Shown here: piece after piece, positions 36,556-46,438 of the stretch
Layout: the number at the start of each line of letters is the position of its first letter
Position numbering within the stretch: the first letter of the stretch is position 1
Source of the DNA: an uncultured Verrucomicrobiae bacterium
GTDB taxonomy: Bacteria; Verrucomicrobiota; Verrucomicrobiia; Limisphaerales; JAFGQR01
Assembly (NCBI GenBank): GCA_963788655.1
Contig: CAWBHS010000006.1
Location: forward strand, 32,001 to 96,000
DNA length: 64,000 nucleotides
Reading direction: 5' to 3'
The notes under the pieces: generated by a model
Told to the model about the DNA's origin: nothing
Database searches by the model: none
What the model saw: the letters and a program-made list of their open reading frames with translations, nothing else
Position numbers and translations under genes: made by a program

Positions 36556-37401
36556 ATGAGCGCCTCATCCAACTCCCCCGCCCTCCCCCACGAACTGGTT
36601 CTTGAACCCGGATCGGGCACTGGCCAATATTGGCGTGACGTCTGGAACTATCGCGAGTTGTTCTATTTCCTCGCCTGGCGCGACCTCCTGGTGCGTTACA
36701 AGCAAACTGTTGCCGGCGTCGCCTGGGCGTTGCTTCGTCCGTTCATGACGATGATCGTGTTCACGGTCGTCTTCGGTAAATTCGCCAAACTCCCTGCCGG
36801 CGGCGTGCCCTATCCGGTGCTGGTGTTCGCCGCCGTTTTGCCCTGGCAATTCTTTGCCACTGCCCTCGCCGAAAGCAGCCACAGCTTGGTGACCAATTCG
36901 AACCTGGTGGCCAAGATCTATTTCCCGCGTCTGATCGTGCCCGCCAGCACGGTGGTCACCGGCCTGGCGGACTTGCTCATCTCCACCGTGTTTCTGCTGG
37001 GCTTGATGCTTGGCTATCACGTGACGCCCACGTGGCGGCTGTTCGTGTTGCCGGTGCTGGTTCTGTCCGTCGCTGGGGCCGCGCTTGGGCTCGGACTATG
37101 GTTTGCCGCGTTGACAGTCAAGTATCGCGATTTCCGTTTTATCGTGCCGTTCGTGGTGCAACTGGGCTATTTCATCTCGCCGGTGGGTTACAGCAGCGCC
37201 GTGGTGCCGGAACCATGGCGCGACTTGTATTCGCTCAATCCGTTGGCCGGCATCATCGAGAGTTTTCGATGGGCGATCTGCGGTGGGGCCGTGTTCCCAC
37301 TGACCGGATTGCTGACCGCGGCGCTGCTGGTGACGCTGCTGCTCGTCAGCGGCTTATGGTATTTCCGCAAAACCGAACGCGCGTTCGCGGATGTCATTTG
37401 A
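36556..37401 (+). CDS. wzm: Polysaccharide ABC transporter permease
   Basis: YRELFYFLAWRDLLVRYKQT..GVAWA, KIYFPRL, YRDFRF, LNPLAGIIESFRW, ERAFADVI. Confidence 0.92.
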   Translation: MSASSNSPALPHELVLEPGSGTGQYWRDVWNYRELFYFLAWRDLLVRYKQTVAGVAWALLRPFMTMIVFTVVFGKFAKLPAGGVPYPVLVFAAVLPWQFFATALAESSHSLVTNSNLVAKIYFPRLIVPASTVVTGLADLLISTVFLLGLMLGYHVTPTWRLFVLPVLVLSVAGAALGLGLWFAALTVKYRDFRFIVPFVVQLGYFISPVGYSSAVVPEPWRDLYSLNPLAGIIESFRWAICGGAVFPLTGLLTAALLVTLLLVSGLWYFRKTERAFADVI

Positions 37402-38710
37402 CATGACCGTTCCCCCCATGATCCGGGTCGAGAATCTGGGAAAAAAGTATCCCTTGGTGCATCGCGGTCCCAGAGATCGTGGCTTGCGGCATTTGATCAG
37501 CGATTCGCTGCGAGCGCCGGTACGGTGCTTACGGCGATTGGGCTCGAGCAGTTCCGCGGCCTTTCGCAGCCGCGCCACCACGGAAGATTTCTGGGCGTTG
37601 AACGAGGTTTCCTTCACCGTTGCCCGCGGGGAGGTGCTGGGCATCATCGGCCGGAATGGCGCGGGCAAATCAACCCTGCTGAAGATCCTGAGTCGCATCA
37701 CTTCTCCCACCGCCGGTCGGGTGCGGCTGCGCGGACGGGTGGCCAGCCTGTTGGAAGTGGGCACGGGATTTCATCCCGAACTGACCGGCCGCGAAAACAT
37801 TTTCCTGAATGGCGCCATCCTCGGCATGGGCCGCGCAGAAATCCGGCGCAAGTTCGACGCCATCGTCGCCTTCGCGGAAGTGGAACGTTTCATCGACACG
37901 CCGGTGAAACGTTACTCGAGCGGCATGTACATGCGGCTGGCGTTTGCCGTGGCGGCGCAACTGACTTCGGAGATCTTGATCGTTGATGAAGTGTTGGCGG
38001 TGGGCGATCTGGCCTTTCAAAAGAAGTGTCTCGGAAAAATGCGCGAAGTCGCCGGCCAGGAAGAGCGCACGGTGCTGTTTGTGAGCCACAACCTGGCGGC
38101 GGTTCGCAAACTCTGCACGCGAGCCATTCTGCTGAACCAAGGCCGCATCGTAATTGAGGGCCCGCCAGATGCCGTCATCAACCGATACGTCAGGGTCAAT
38201 GAGAGTCACCTGGCCGCCAGCATCGCTTTGCCGGCAATGGGCGCGGAGGTGCAACCGCCACAATTGCACTTACTGAACGAGAGCGGTCAATCCCAAGCCC
38301 AATTCCGCCTCGGCGAAACCTGGCGAGTGCAGTTCGATTTCCAGATGGCCGCGGCCCGGCCCCATGTGATCGCGGCCGTCGGCTTGCGCACGGTGGAAGG
38401 AACGCCGTTGATCACGTATTGGTCGGCCCCGAAGGATCTGGCGGCGGGCGCCTATCGCGTCGAGTTTCGTTGTCAGTTACCGTTTTGCGCCGGCGAATAC
38501 AACTTTGCCGTGGGCGTTTCCTCCAACGAACGGGCGATTTACTACACCGAAGGCGCCGGAGCTTTGAGCATTACCGAAGTCGCCCAAGGCGCCCAACCCT
38601 TCCGCGCGGCCGGTGCGGGCTTGATCGCCAGCACGGCGCGCCCGGAGATCGTCCGTCTTGAAGACGAACCGGAAGCAACGCTGGACCCTCCGCTTTGTGC
38701 GAATGGGTGA
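37391..38710 (+). CDS. wzt: Polysaccharide ABC transporter ATPase with Wzt_C domain
   Basis: GRNGAGKST, LEVGTGFHPELTGREN, YSSGM, VDEVLAVGD, VSH; start may be 37403. Confidence 0.92.
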   Translation: MSFDMTVPPMIRVENLGKKYPLVHRGPRDRGLRHLISDSLRAPVRCLRRLGSSSSAAFRSRATTEDFWALNEVSFTVARGEVLGIIGRNGAGKSTLLKILSRITSPTAGRVRLRGRVASLLEVGTGFHPELTGRENIFLNGAILGMGRAEIRRKFDAIVAFAEVERFIDTPVKRYSSGMYMRLAFAVAAQLTSEILIVDEVLAVGDLAFQKKCLGKMREVAGQEERTVLFVSHNLAAVRKLCTRAILLNQGRIVIEGPPDAVINRYVRVNESHLAASIALPAMGAEVQPPQLHLLNESGQSQAQFRLGETWRVQFDFQMAAARPHVIAAVGLRTVEGTPLITYWSAPKDLAAGAYRVEFRCQLPFCAGEYNFAVGVSSNERAIYYTEGAGALSITEVAQGAQPFRAAGAGLIASTARPEIVRLEDEPEATLDPPLCANG

Positions 38711-38829
38711 CTGGCGAACCATGATTGGCCTGGCCACTTACAACGCGTTTCGCCCCAAAACCAATCCAGGTAGGGCAAGCCCTGAAGAAGTCCGCGCAAT
38801 AATATCTTCGTCGTCACGCGATTTCTCCC

Positions 38830-39519
38830 ATGTTCTTCCCTGAACGCATACGCTCGATCCAAGCCGGTGACCGCGTCCTCGAAGTTGGTCCGGGCGGCAC
38901 GCCCCATCCGCGCGCGGACGTGTTTCTCGAACGGCACTTCGATGCCGCGGAAGCCGCCGCCCAACGCGGCCACGCCCCGCCGACCGTGCTCAATAAACCG
39001 ATCGTCTATTATGACGGTGACCGGTTCCCGTTTGCGGACGGCGAGTTTGACTACGTGATCTGCTCGCACGTCATCGAGCACGTGGAGCACGTGGACAACT
39101 TCGCCGTTGAACTCAGCCGCGTGGCGGGCCGCGGTTATCTCGAATATCCGACCGTCTATTACGAATATCTCTACAATTTCCACGTGCATCGCAATGTCCT
39201 GCGTCGCGTGGAAGACGTATTGCTCTGGCTGCCAAAAGGCAGCCTGCCGTTCGCCGAATTCCTGCCCGTGCAACGCTTCTTCTACGAGTCGCTCGGCGCT
39301 GGATTCGACGAAATCGTCGTCGCCTTAAAAGCGACCTTGATGGAAGGCTTTGAATGGCAGCAAGCCATCAAAATGCGGCCGGCCCGGAACCTCGAGGAGC
39401 TTTGCTTGAGCCCGAATGAGATTCAGTTCGGCCCCAATCCATGCAAAGCACCGCGGCCCAGCACGGAACTGGTGGCGGACCTCGCGCATCGTCTCAAACG
39501 GCGCGTCCTTGGCGCATGA
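38830..39519 (+). CDS. Class I SAM-dependent methyltransferase
   Basis: VLEVGPG, PFADGEFDYVICSHVIEH. Confidence 0.8.
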   Translation: MFFPERIRSIQAGDRVLEVGPGGTPHPRADVFLERHFDAAEAAAQRGHAPPTVLNKPIVYYDGDRFPFADGEFDYVICSHVIEHVEHVDNFAVELSRVAGRGYLEYPTVYYEYLYNFHVHRNVLRRVEDVLLWLPKGSLPFAEFLPVQRFFYESLGAGFDEIVVALKATLMEGFEWQQAIKMRPARNLEELCLSPNEIQFGPNPCKAPRPSTELVADLAHRLKRRVLGA

Positions 39520-40802
39520 ACCCGGCCCGTCTCTCCAGCACAACCTCCGGGCATCCGGTAAGTGAAGGATCCCTGGCGGTCGTCCAGGAAACGTCCCAGC
39601 CTGCGTCCCTCCAACCGTCGGCTCGGTCGGCCGGACAACGCATTGCGGAGTTCGAAGGGCTGCGTGGCATGTTGTCGTGGTGGGTGGTGGTTGATCACCT
39701 GTTCCTGGCGTGCGGCCGGAGCGTGGACGATTTGCCGCGGTTCGTCCGGGTGCTGGCCCATGGTGACTACGCGGTGGACCTGTTCATCATTCTCAGCGGT
39801 TACGTGATCTTCAAGCTGCTCGAAGAAGGCCGTGAATCCTACCGCGTCTTCATGACCCGGCGGTTCTTTCGGCTGATGCCCGTCTTTCTGGTATGCCTGG
39901 CCGGATCGATGTGGTTGCAACCGTTGCTGCACGCCAACCTGCTCGGCGCCAGTTGGAACACAACTCCGGTGTTGCAACGTTGCCTCCAGAATTGGCAGGC
40001 GGACAATGCGCACCCCATGGGAAACCTGTTCGCCCACCTGACGCTCTTGCACGGCGCGATTCCCGAACGCTGGCTGCCCGGCGCGGCCGTGGCTTTCCTG
40101 GGCGCCGCTTGGAGCATTTCGCTGGAATGGCAATTCTATCTGGTCGCGCCGGCAGTGCGCACGTTTCTCAAGCGCTTCGCCGCCGCCGGCGCGTTGGGCT
40201 TCATCAGTGGGGCGATTCTCCTGCAATGGTGTCTGGGAAGCCGGTTGGAAACGCTCTATCCGATGCACTCCTTTTTGCTGCAAAAACTGTGGTTGTTTTG
40301 GATCGGCATTGCCTCCTACCTGATCGCCCACAAGCTTCGCGCAATCGGCCAGGACCGCGAGTTGGGCACGCTGGTGTTGGCGTGGATCAGTCCGATTGTG
40401 TTGCTCACCACCCTCTCGATCCCGCTGGCGCTGTGGACCGCCGTGTTTGCCGTCAGCATCTCGCCGCCCACGGCATCGTTTTGGGGCGTTCGCGCCGTCC
40501 GACGGACACTGAACTCGCGCCCGATGCAATGGCTGGGCAAAGTCTCCTATTCGACATATCTCGCGCACGCCCTGTGCATTTGGTGCGCGCAGGCGCTGGT
40601 CTTGAAGTGTTTCCCCAAAATCACCGCCATGGAATGCTTCGCCTGGATGCTGCCGATCACCAGCCTGTTGACGCTGCTGGTGTCCGGCGCACTGCACCGG
40701 TATGTGGAACGTCCGGGAATGGCCTGGGGCAAACATTGGGCCAACCGGCTCGCAACGGCCCGGCCCGCAACGACTGCGAAAATCATCCCTTTGAATCCGT
40801 GA
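39516..40802 (+). CDS. Acyltransferase-3 (OafA-like) membrane O-acyltransferase
   Basis: EGLRG, AVDLFIILSGYVI, RRFFRLMP, WSISLEWQFY, LGKVSYSTYLAH, YVERP. Confidence 0.88.
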   Translation: MNPARLSSTTSGHPVSEGSLAVVQETSQPASLQPSARSAGQRIAEFEGLRGMLSWWVVVDHLFLACGRSVDDLPRFVRVLAHGDYAVDLFIILSGYVIFKLLEEGRESYRVFMTRRFFRLMPVFLVCLAGSMWLQPLLHANLLGASWNTTPVLQRCLQNWQADNAHPMGNLFAHLTLLHGAIPERWLPGAAVAFLGAAWSISLEWQFYLVAPAVRTFLKRFAAAGALGFISGAILLQWCLGSRLETLYPMHSFLLQKLWLFWIGIASYLIAHKLRAIGQDRELGTLVLAWISPIVLLTTLSIPLALWTAVFAVSISPPTASFWGVRAVRRTLNSRPMQWLGKVSYSTYLAHALCIWCAQALVLKCFPKITAMECFAWMLPITSLLTLLVSGALHRYVERPGMAWGKHWANRLATARPATTAKIIPLNP

Positions 40803-40820
40803 GAGCCTATTTGAAAGAAG

Positions 40821-40906
40821 GTGGCAGCCGACGTAAGGAGGTTCATTATTTCTCGGAGAACTGTTTTGATCACGATAATAATGAGCCTCCTTACGTCGGC
40901 CGCTAC
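40821..40906. repeat. REPIN, GTAG family C (GTAGCAGCCGACGTAAGGAGG)
   Basis: GTGGCAGCCGACGTAAGGAGG ... CCTCCTTACGTCGGCCGCTAC; related units at 4491, 11189, 49221, 52478, 54644. Confidence 0.8.
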
Positions 40907-40995
40907 GTGCTGGCTGGAGTTTTAGGCCAGTCGTTGAGAGCTACAACAGAGATCGCACGACGCACTGCGGACTGCTGCCTCATCCGCACCTTCCT

Positions 40996-42133
40996 GTGAA
41001 CTCTCCCCTGCGCATCTTCTACGCGGCGGATGATTCGCCCAATCCGGACTTTGCGTCCCGCTTATGGCGAACGAATTTGCACGATTCGCTGGTCGATCTT
41101 GGGCATGAAGTCATTGACTTTGATTACGACCTGGCCGAGACGTTTCGACATCTCGATCCCGAACAATCCGACCACCTCGCTTTCATCCAACAAAACCGTC
41201 CGCGCCTCACCGTCGCGTTGCTGAAGCAAATCCACCAGGCCCACCGCGAACGGCCCATTGATCTGTTCTTCAGCTATTTCTACGACGCGTGCGTGTTGCC
41301 GGAAGCCATCGACGAAATCCGGGCGTTGGGCATCAAGACCGTCAATTGGTTTTGCAACGGCTCGTTTCAATTGCACCTCGTGCGGGAAATTTCACCGCAC
41401 TACGACTGGTGTCTGGTGCCGGAACAATTTCGGTTGCAGGATTACACGGCGATGGGCGCGCGACCGATCTACTGCCAGGAAGCGGCCAATCCGAAGAAAT
41501 ACCAGCCACGTACGGTGTCGCAAGATTACGACGTCACGTTTGTTGGCCAATGTTATGGCGACCGGCCTGACTATATCCGGCATCTGTTACACTCGGGCAT
41601 TCCCGTGCGGGTTTGGGGCGCACGCTGGGACTACCTCCGTGAACCCGTCCCGGCGCGCAATCCGCTCCGCCGTTGCGCCGGCATCGTGAAGCGCGCTTGG
41701 TTCAAATCGTCCGGGCCCGCCGCAGACGGGACGCGCTATTTACCGGCGCATCTGGTGGGCGGTGTGCTGTCGGACGACGCAATGATCACGTTGTACAGCC
41801 GCTCGAAAATCAATCTCGGCTTCTCCAGTTGCGGGGAAACCCACCGCCACCGAGAACGCATCGTGCAGGTTCGCTTGCGGGATTTTGAAGTGCCGATGTG
41901 CGGCGGGTTTTACCTGGTCGAGCAGATGGAAGAATTGGAGGCGTTCTTCGAACCGGATCGCGAGATAGTCTGCTACCGCAGCCAGAGAAGAACTGGCGGA
42001 CAAGATCAAGTTCTATCTCCGCCACGAAACTGCCCGCGAAACGATCCGCCGGGCCGGCCACGAACGCTGCCGACGCGATCACACCTGGCAAAAACGCTTC
42101 GAAGCCGCGTTTGCCCAGATGGGGCTCGGATGA
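40996..42133 (+). pseudogene. CgeB-like glycosyltransferase with a +1 frameshift near 41984-41986
   Basis: YDVTFVGQ, SKINLGF, RDFEVPMCGGFYL; the natural tail EELADKIKFYL..RRAGHERC..DHTWQKRF..GLG* lies in the shifted frame (TGA 42131-42133). Confidence 0.8.
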
Positions 42134-43146
42134 TGCCACCGCAAGTCTCCATCATCATGCCGGTCTATAACGCCGAACGCTATATGGCGGCGGCGGTCAA
42201 TAGCCTGCTGGCGCAAACCTTCAACGACTTCGAATTGATCCTCGTGGACGACGCGTCGTCCGACGGAAGCTGGTCCGCTGCCTCGTGGTTCAACGACGTC
42301 CGCATCCGACGGTTCCGTAATTCCCACAACCGGGGCGCGGCGGCCACGCGCAATTGTGGATTGCGGGCAGCACGGGCCAACTATATCGCATTCCTTGACA
42401 GCGACGACATGGCCTTGCCGGCGCGCCTGGAACAGCAAGTTACCTTTCTCGGCGCGCACCCATCCGTTTCCGTGGTTGGCTCGCAAGTCGAAGTGTTGGG
42501 CTGCGACTTCACAGAAAATCCGAAGCTGCGCCGGCGCGCGGAAGAGATTCCCGCAACGTTGCTCTTCGAAAATTGCCTTGCGCAATCCACGGTGATGCTA
42601 CGCAAAAGCAGCCTGCCCGCGGACCCGTTCGATTCGGAGTTCGAGCCGGCCGAAGACTATCATTTGTGGGCGCGGCTGGCTCCTGGCGCCGCCTTCTTCA
42701 ACCTCGAAAAAACGCTGGTCCAATATCGACACCATCCACAGAGCATCAGCCATTCGGCAGCAGCGCGGATGCAACAATCCATCCGCGGCATTGCCGCTCT
42801 GCAACTCGAACGTTTGGGCATCTCCTCACCCGATTTGGAGCTGCACGTAAGCCTGAGCGAGTGGCCCGTCCTGCCTGAACGCCAACAATTGCGACGCGCC
42901 GAAACCTGGTTGCGCGAACTCCAACAAGCCAACCAGGCGCGGGCAATCTATGCGCCCGACGTATTTGCACGCATCCTGGCTGAGCGCTGGTGCGCGGTGT
43001 GTTGCGCCTCGTGGCAACTGGGACTGTGGGCGTGGCTGACTTTCTGGCATTCGCCCTTGAGCCGATTACATCCGGCTCCCATCGTACCGCTCTTGCGATT
43101 GCTCCGCCATGCACTACCCCAAACGATCCGCGGCCGGCGTCGATGA
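42130..43146 (+). CDS. GT2 glycosyltransferase
   Basis: VSIIMPVYNAE, VDDASSD, AFLDSDD, AEDYHLW. Confidence 0.9.
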   Translation: MMPPQVSIIMPVYNAERYMAAAVNSLLAQTFNDFELILVDDASSDGSWSAASWFNDVRIRRFRNSHNRGAAATRNCGLRAARANYIAFLDSDDMALPARLEQQVTFLGAHPSVSVVGSQVEVLGCDFTENPKLRRRAEEIPATLLFENCLAQSTVMLRKSSLPADPFDSEFEPAEDYHLWARLAPGAAFFNLEKTLVQYRHHPQSISHSAAARMQQSIRGIAALQLERLGISSPDLELHVSLSEWPVLPERQQLRRAETWLRELQQANQARAIYAPDVFARILAERWCAVCCASWQLGLWAWLTFWHSPLSRLHPAPIVPLLRLLRHALPQTIRGRRR

Positions 43147-44600
43147 AGATCGCCTTCGTCAATAATCAGCTTCAATTGGGCGGGGCCGAAACCGTCGTGG
43201 AGCAACTGCGCGCCGGCGCCGGGCAGGCCGGCCATCAAACCCCGCTCTACGTGGCACACGGCAAGACGTATCCGACGGACGTGCAACCGCTTTATCCCCG
43301 CCGGCTCAGCCGGCTCAGTCACACCCGGCTTCACCCATTCGTGGAGCGCTGCTTCCCCCGCGCCACCTGGACCGACCGCGCCTTTCGCCGCTTGGCCCAT
43401 GGCGACGCCGACGTGATTCATGTTCACAATTTCCATGGCGATTATGCCAGCATCGACTCGCTGGCGTATGTGGCCCGGCGCAAGCAAGTCGTTTGGACCT
43501 TCCACGCCTTTTGGGGGATCACCGGTGGCTGTGATCATCCGCTCGATTGCCGTCGCTACCAGAACGGTTGTGGCAATTGCCCGCAGGTCGGCACCTGGCC
43601 CGTCGGCCCGGTGGACCTTACCGCGGAACAGTGGACTGGGAAAGTTGACCAACTGGCGGTTCTGCCGCTGCACGTCATTGCGCCCTCGCGTTACCTGGCG
43701 AACACGGTGCGCGCCAGTCGTGTGGGCCGGCATTGGACGATTCATCAGATCCCGAACGGAGTGAATCCAGCCCGGTTTCCCGGGGCCCGAAAACACGACC
43801 GCAGTTGCCGCGCTAAACTGGGACTTGCCCCGGACGCCACGGTGATCTTGATCGTGAATCGCGCCTTTCGCGATCCGAACAAAGGATTTCCAGTTGTGCT
43901 TGAGGCACTGACGAAGGTATGGGGTAGCCCCCCGGCCAAGGAACTCACATCGCGAGCCACAGACTCGTGCCAACCCGGTAGCGCCGAGTTGCACTCGGCG
44001 GAATCGCAGAGTTGCCATCGGCCCGGGGGCGGCACCAGATTGAAGGTCCAAGCTACGGAAAGGCATCGCCCGTCCCACTGCCACATCGGCGAAATGGCCA
44101 CGGAGCGAGTGAGAGCTGCCCAGCCATCAGTGCAAGTGGTACTGGCGGGAATGGACAGCGCCTGGGCCGCCCCGCAACTGCCCCCCACACTTCCATATTT
44201 CGATGCCGGCTACGTGACTTCGCGCGAACAATTGTCGGGGTTGTTTGAAGCGGCGGACATTTTCCTGTTTGCATCGGCGGCGGAGAACTTTCCTTGCGTA
44301 ATCCTGGAGGCCATGGCGGCCGAATGCTGCGTCGTGGCCACGCCCACTGGCGGCGTGAAGGAACAAATCGCTCATCGCACGACTGGTCTGTTGAGCGAGG
44401 AAATCACCGGCTCATCGTTGGCGAAGCAATTGCGGGAAGCGCTGGCCCATCCACTCCAGCGCCGCGCCTGTGGAGCCAACGCCCGGCAACGGGTGGAGAA
44501 GGAGTTTTCCGAAGAACGCATGGTGACGGCGCACTTGGAATTGTACGCCGAAGTCGTGAACAAGCAACGGATTGAACCGGCTCTGCCCCGCGCCGCATGA
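43143..44600 (+). CDS. GT4 glycosyltransferase (WcaC-like) with a REP-derived insert
   Basis: GGAE, HVHNFHG, WTFH..TGGC, IPNGV, ENFPCVILEAMA; low-complexity insert near 43920-44125. Confidence 0.88.
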   Translation: MKIAFVNNQLQLGGAETVVEQLRAGAGQAGHQTPLYVAHGKTYPTDVQPLYPRRLSRLSHTRLHPFVERCFPRATWTDRAFRRLAHGDADVIHVHNFHGDYASIDSLAYVARRKQVVWTFHAFWGITGGCDHPLDCRRYQNGCGNCPQVGTWPVGPVDLTAEQWTGKVDQLAVLPLHVIAPSRYLANTVRASRVGRHWTIHQIPNGVNPARFPGARKHDRSCRAKLGLAPDATVILIVNRAFRDPNKGFPVVLEALTKVWGSPPAKELTSRATDSCQPGSAELHSAESQSCHRPGGGTRLKVQATERHRPSHCHIGEMATERVRAAQPSVQVVLAGMDSAWAAPQLPPTLPYFDAGYVTSREQLSGLFEAADIFLFASAAENFPCVILEAMAAECCVVATPTGGVKEQIAHRTTGLLSEEITGSSLAKQLREALAHPLQRRACGANARQRVEKEFSEERMVTAHLELYAEVVNKQRIEPALPRAA

Positions 44601-45412
44601 AAGTCAGCGCCTACATCCCCAGTTTCAACAATGCCGACACACTTCCGGCGGCCATGGAATCCGTCCGACAACAATGCGTTCCCCCGGTGGAACGTTTCGT
44701 AATCGATGACGGATCGACCGACGGCTCCCCTGCCCTGGCGCGCGGATTAGGCTGGCGAGTGATCTCCAACGTCCAGAACCTTGGGCGTGGGGCCGTGCGC
44801 GCCCGTGCCATGTTGGAGGCCCAAAATGAATTCGTGCTCGCCTGCGACGCCAATGTGGCGTTGCCGGTGGATTTTCTGGAGCGCGCCGGCGCCTGGTTCA
44901 AGGATGAAGAGGTGGCCGCCGTCATGGGACGGGTTGGGCAAACTGATTTTCGCACCGCCCCGGCGCGCTGGCGGGCGCGACACTTGTTTAAAATGGAAGC
45001 GCCTTGCGCCGTGAGCGAACACGCGAGCCTCGCCACCGGCGCAGTGCTTCTCCGCCGGTCACTCGTGCTCCGGGCTGGCAACTTCGACGCCCAGTGTCGT
45101 CACAGTGAAGACGCCGATCTGGGCCAGCGGTTGTTGGCGGCAGGTTGCAAGGTGGTCTTTGATCCGGCGCTGCAATTTCACGATCTCTCCCGCAATACCC
45201 TCGGTCAAATCCTGGAGCGTTACTGGCGCTGGAATGCCGCGACCATGGGCCGAATGAACTTTCGCAATTTCATCCGGCAGCTTGCTTATGCGTGCAAAGT
45301 GATGGCGCGCGAAGACCTGCGAAAGGGTGATTTCGGAGCGGCGATGATCAGCTTGCTGTGTCCCTCCTATTTACTGTGGAAGTCAAATGTCCATCGGCCT
45401 GCACGGCAATAA
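44597..45412 (+). CDS. GT2 glycosyltransferase
   Basis: YIPSFN, IDDGSTD, SEDADLG. Confidence 0.85.
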   Translation: MKVSAYIPSFNNADTLPAAMESVRQQCVPPVERFVIDDGSTDGSPALARGLGWRVISNVQNLGRGAVRARAMLEAQNEFVLACDANVALPVDFLERAGAWFKDEEVAAVMGRVGQTDFRTAPARWRARHLFKMEAPCAVSEHASLATGAVLLRRSLVLRAGNFDAQCRHSEDADLGQRLLAAGCKVVFDPALQFHDLSRNTLGQILERYWRWNAATMGRMNFRNFIRQLAYACKVMAREDLRKGDFGAAMISLLCPSYLLWKSNVHRPARQ

Positions 45413-45475
45413 GACGGACGCACTGCCAGCGCTGGCGCGACTTTCCTGCTGGCCGTGAAATCTAAGCCAAACACG

Positions 45476-46438
45476 ATGGCGGCCACCACGTTGCACTGCC
45501 TTTCCATCATCATCCCCACCTGCCACCGGCCCGCGCAGTTGGCCCGTTGCTTGGCAGGGGTCTTCGCGGCGGCGCAACGGTGGACCGCCTGTTCGTGCGA
45601 AGTCATCGTCACCGACGACAGCCGGGATGAACGCACGCGCCAAGTGGTCGAGTCGCGTTTCCCCTGTGCCACGTGGACGCGCGGTCCGCAACGCGGTCCG
45701 GCGGCAAATCGTAATCATGGGGCGCGCGAAGCCCGCGGCGAATGGCTGGTCTTTGTGGATGATGATTGCGAACCCACCCCCGAATGGCTCGGCGCCTTCG
45801 GGACCGCGCTCACCCGGCAGGACGTTGAAGTGTTGGAAGGCCGCACCCTCTGCCCCAATGCCCCGGACAGTCCTTCGGTCGAGCGCGTGGAGAATCTGCC
45901 CGGTGGCGTGTTCTGGAGCTGCAATCTTGCCATTTGCCGGACGACCTTTGATTGGCTTGGTGGCTTTGACGAAGATTTCGCCGAAGCCGGCGGCGAAGAC
46001 ATGGAGTTTGCGTGGCGACTGCGGCGGCATGGTTGCCGCACCGCATTCGTGCCGGATGCGCTGGTGGTGCATCCACCGCGGCGGATCGGTTGGCGGCAAA
46101 TCTGGTGGCGCACGTTTCTGATGCGCTGGATGCTGTTATATCGCTTGAAAACGCGCCAATCGCCCCCGTTGGGTTCAGGTTCCTTGCGAGTGGCTGGTTG
46201 GTTGACGGGGCAACAGGCCGTCGAGTTGCTGCGGGCCACGGTGCATTTGGCAACGCGCTTCGAACGCCGTCGCTGGCGCACGCGGCTCTTTTACCTGGGG
46301 TGGAAATGGCTGACGTTCCCAGTGCTGTTTCCCTATTTGGTCACTTGGGAATTTCGATTCCGGAAGCAATGCGACCGGACCTTGAAGGAAGGATCCTTGG
46401 CGTTGCATCTACCGCAACGATTGCCCACCAACCGATAA
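45476..46438 (+). CDS. GT2 glycosyltransferase
   Basis: SIIIPT, GPAANRN, FVDDD, GGFDE..EDME. Confidence 0.88.
   Translation: MAATTLHCLSIIIPTCHRPAQLARCLAGVFAAAQRWTACSCEVIVTDDSRDERTRQVVESRFPCATWTRGPQRGPAANRNHGAREARGEWLVFVDDDCEPTPEWLGAFGTALTRQDVEVLEGRTLCPNAPDSPSVERVENLPGGVFWSCNLAICRTTFDWLGGFDEDFAEAGGEDMEFAWRLRRHGCRTAFVPDALVVHPPRRIGWRQIWWRTFLMRWMLLYRLKTRQSPPLGSGSLRVAGWLTGQQAVELLRATVHLATRFERRRWRTRLFYLGWKWLTFPVLFPYLVTWEFRFRKQCDRTLKEGSLALHLPQRLPTNR

Noticed and set aside
40996..43146. 716-aa bifunctional glycosyltransferase from the ORF track
   Set aside because: The junction peptide is off-frame; the natural CgeB tail and its stop lie in another frame.
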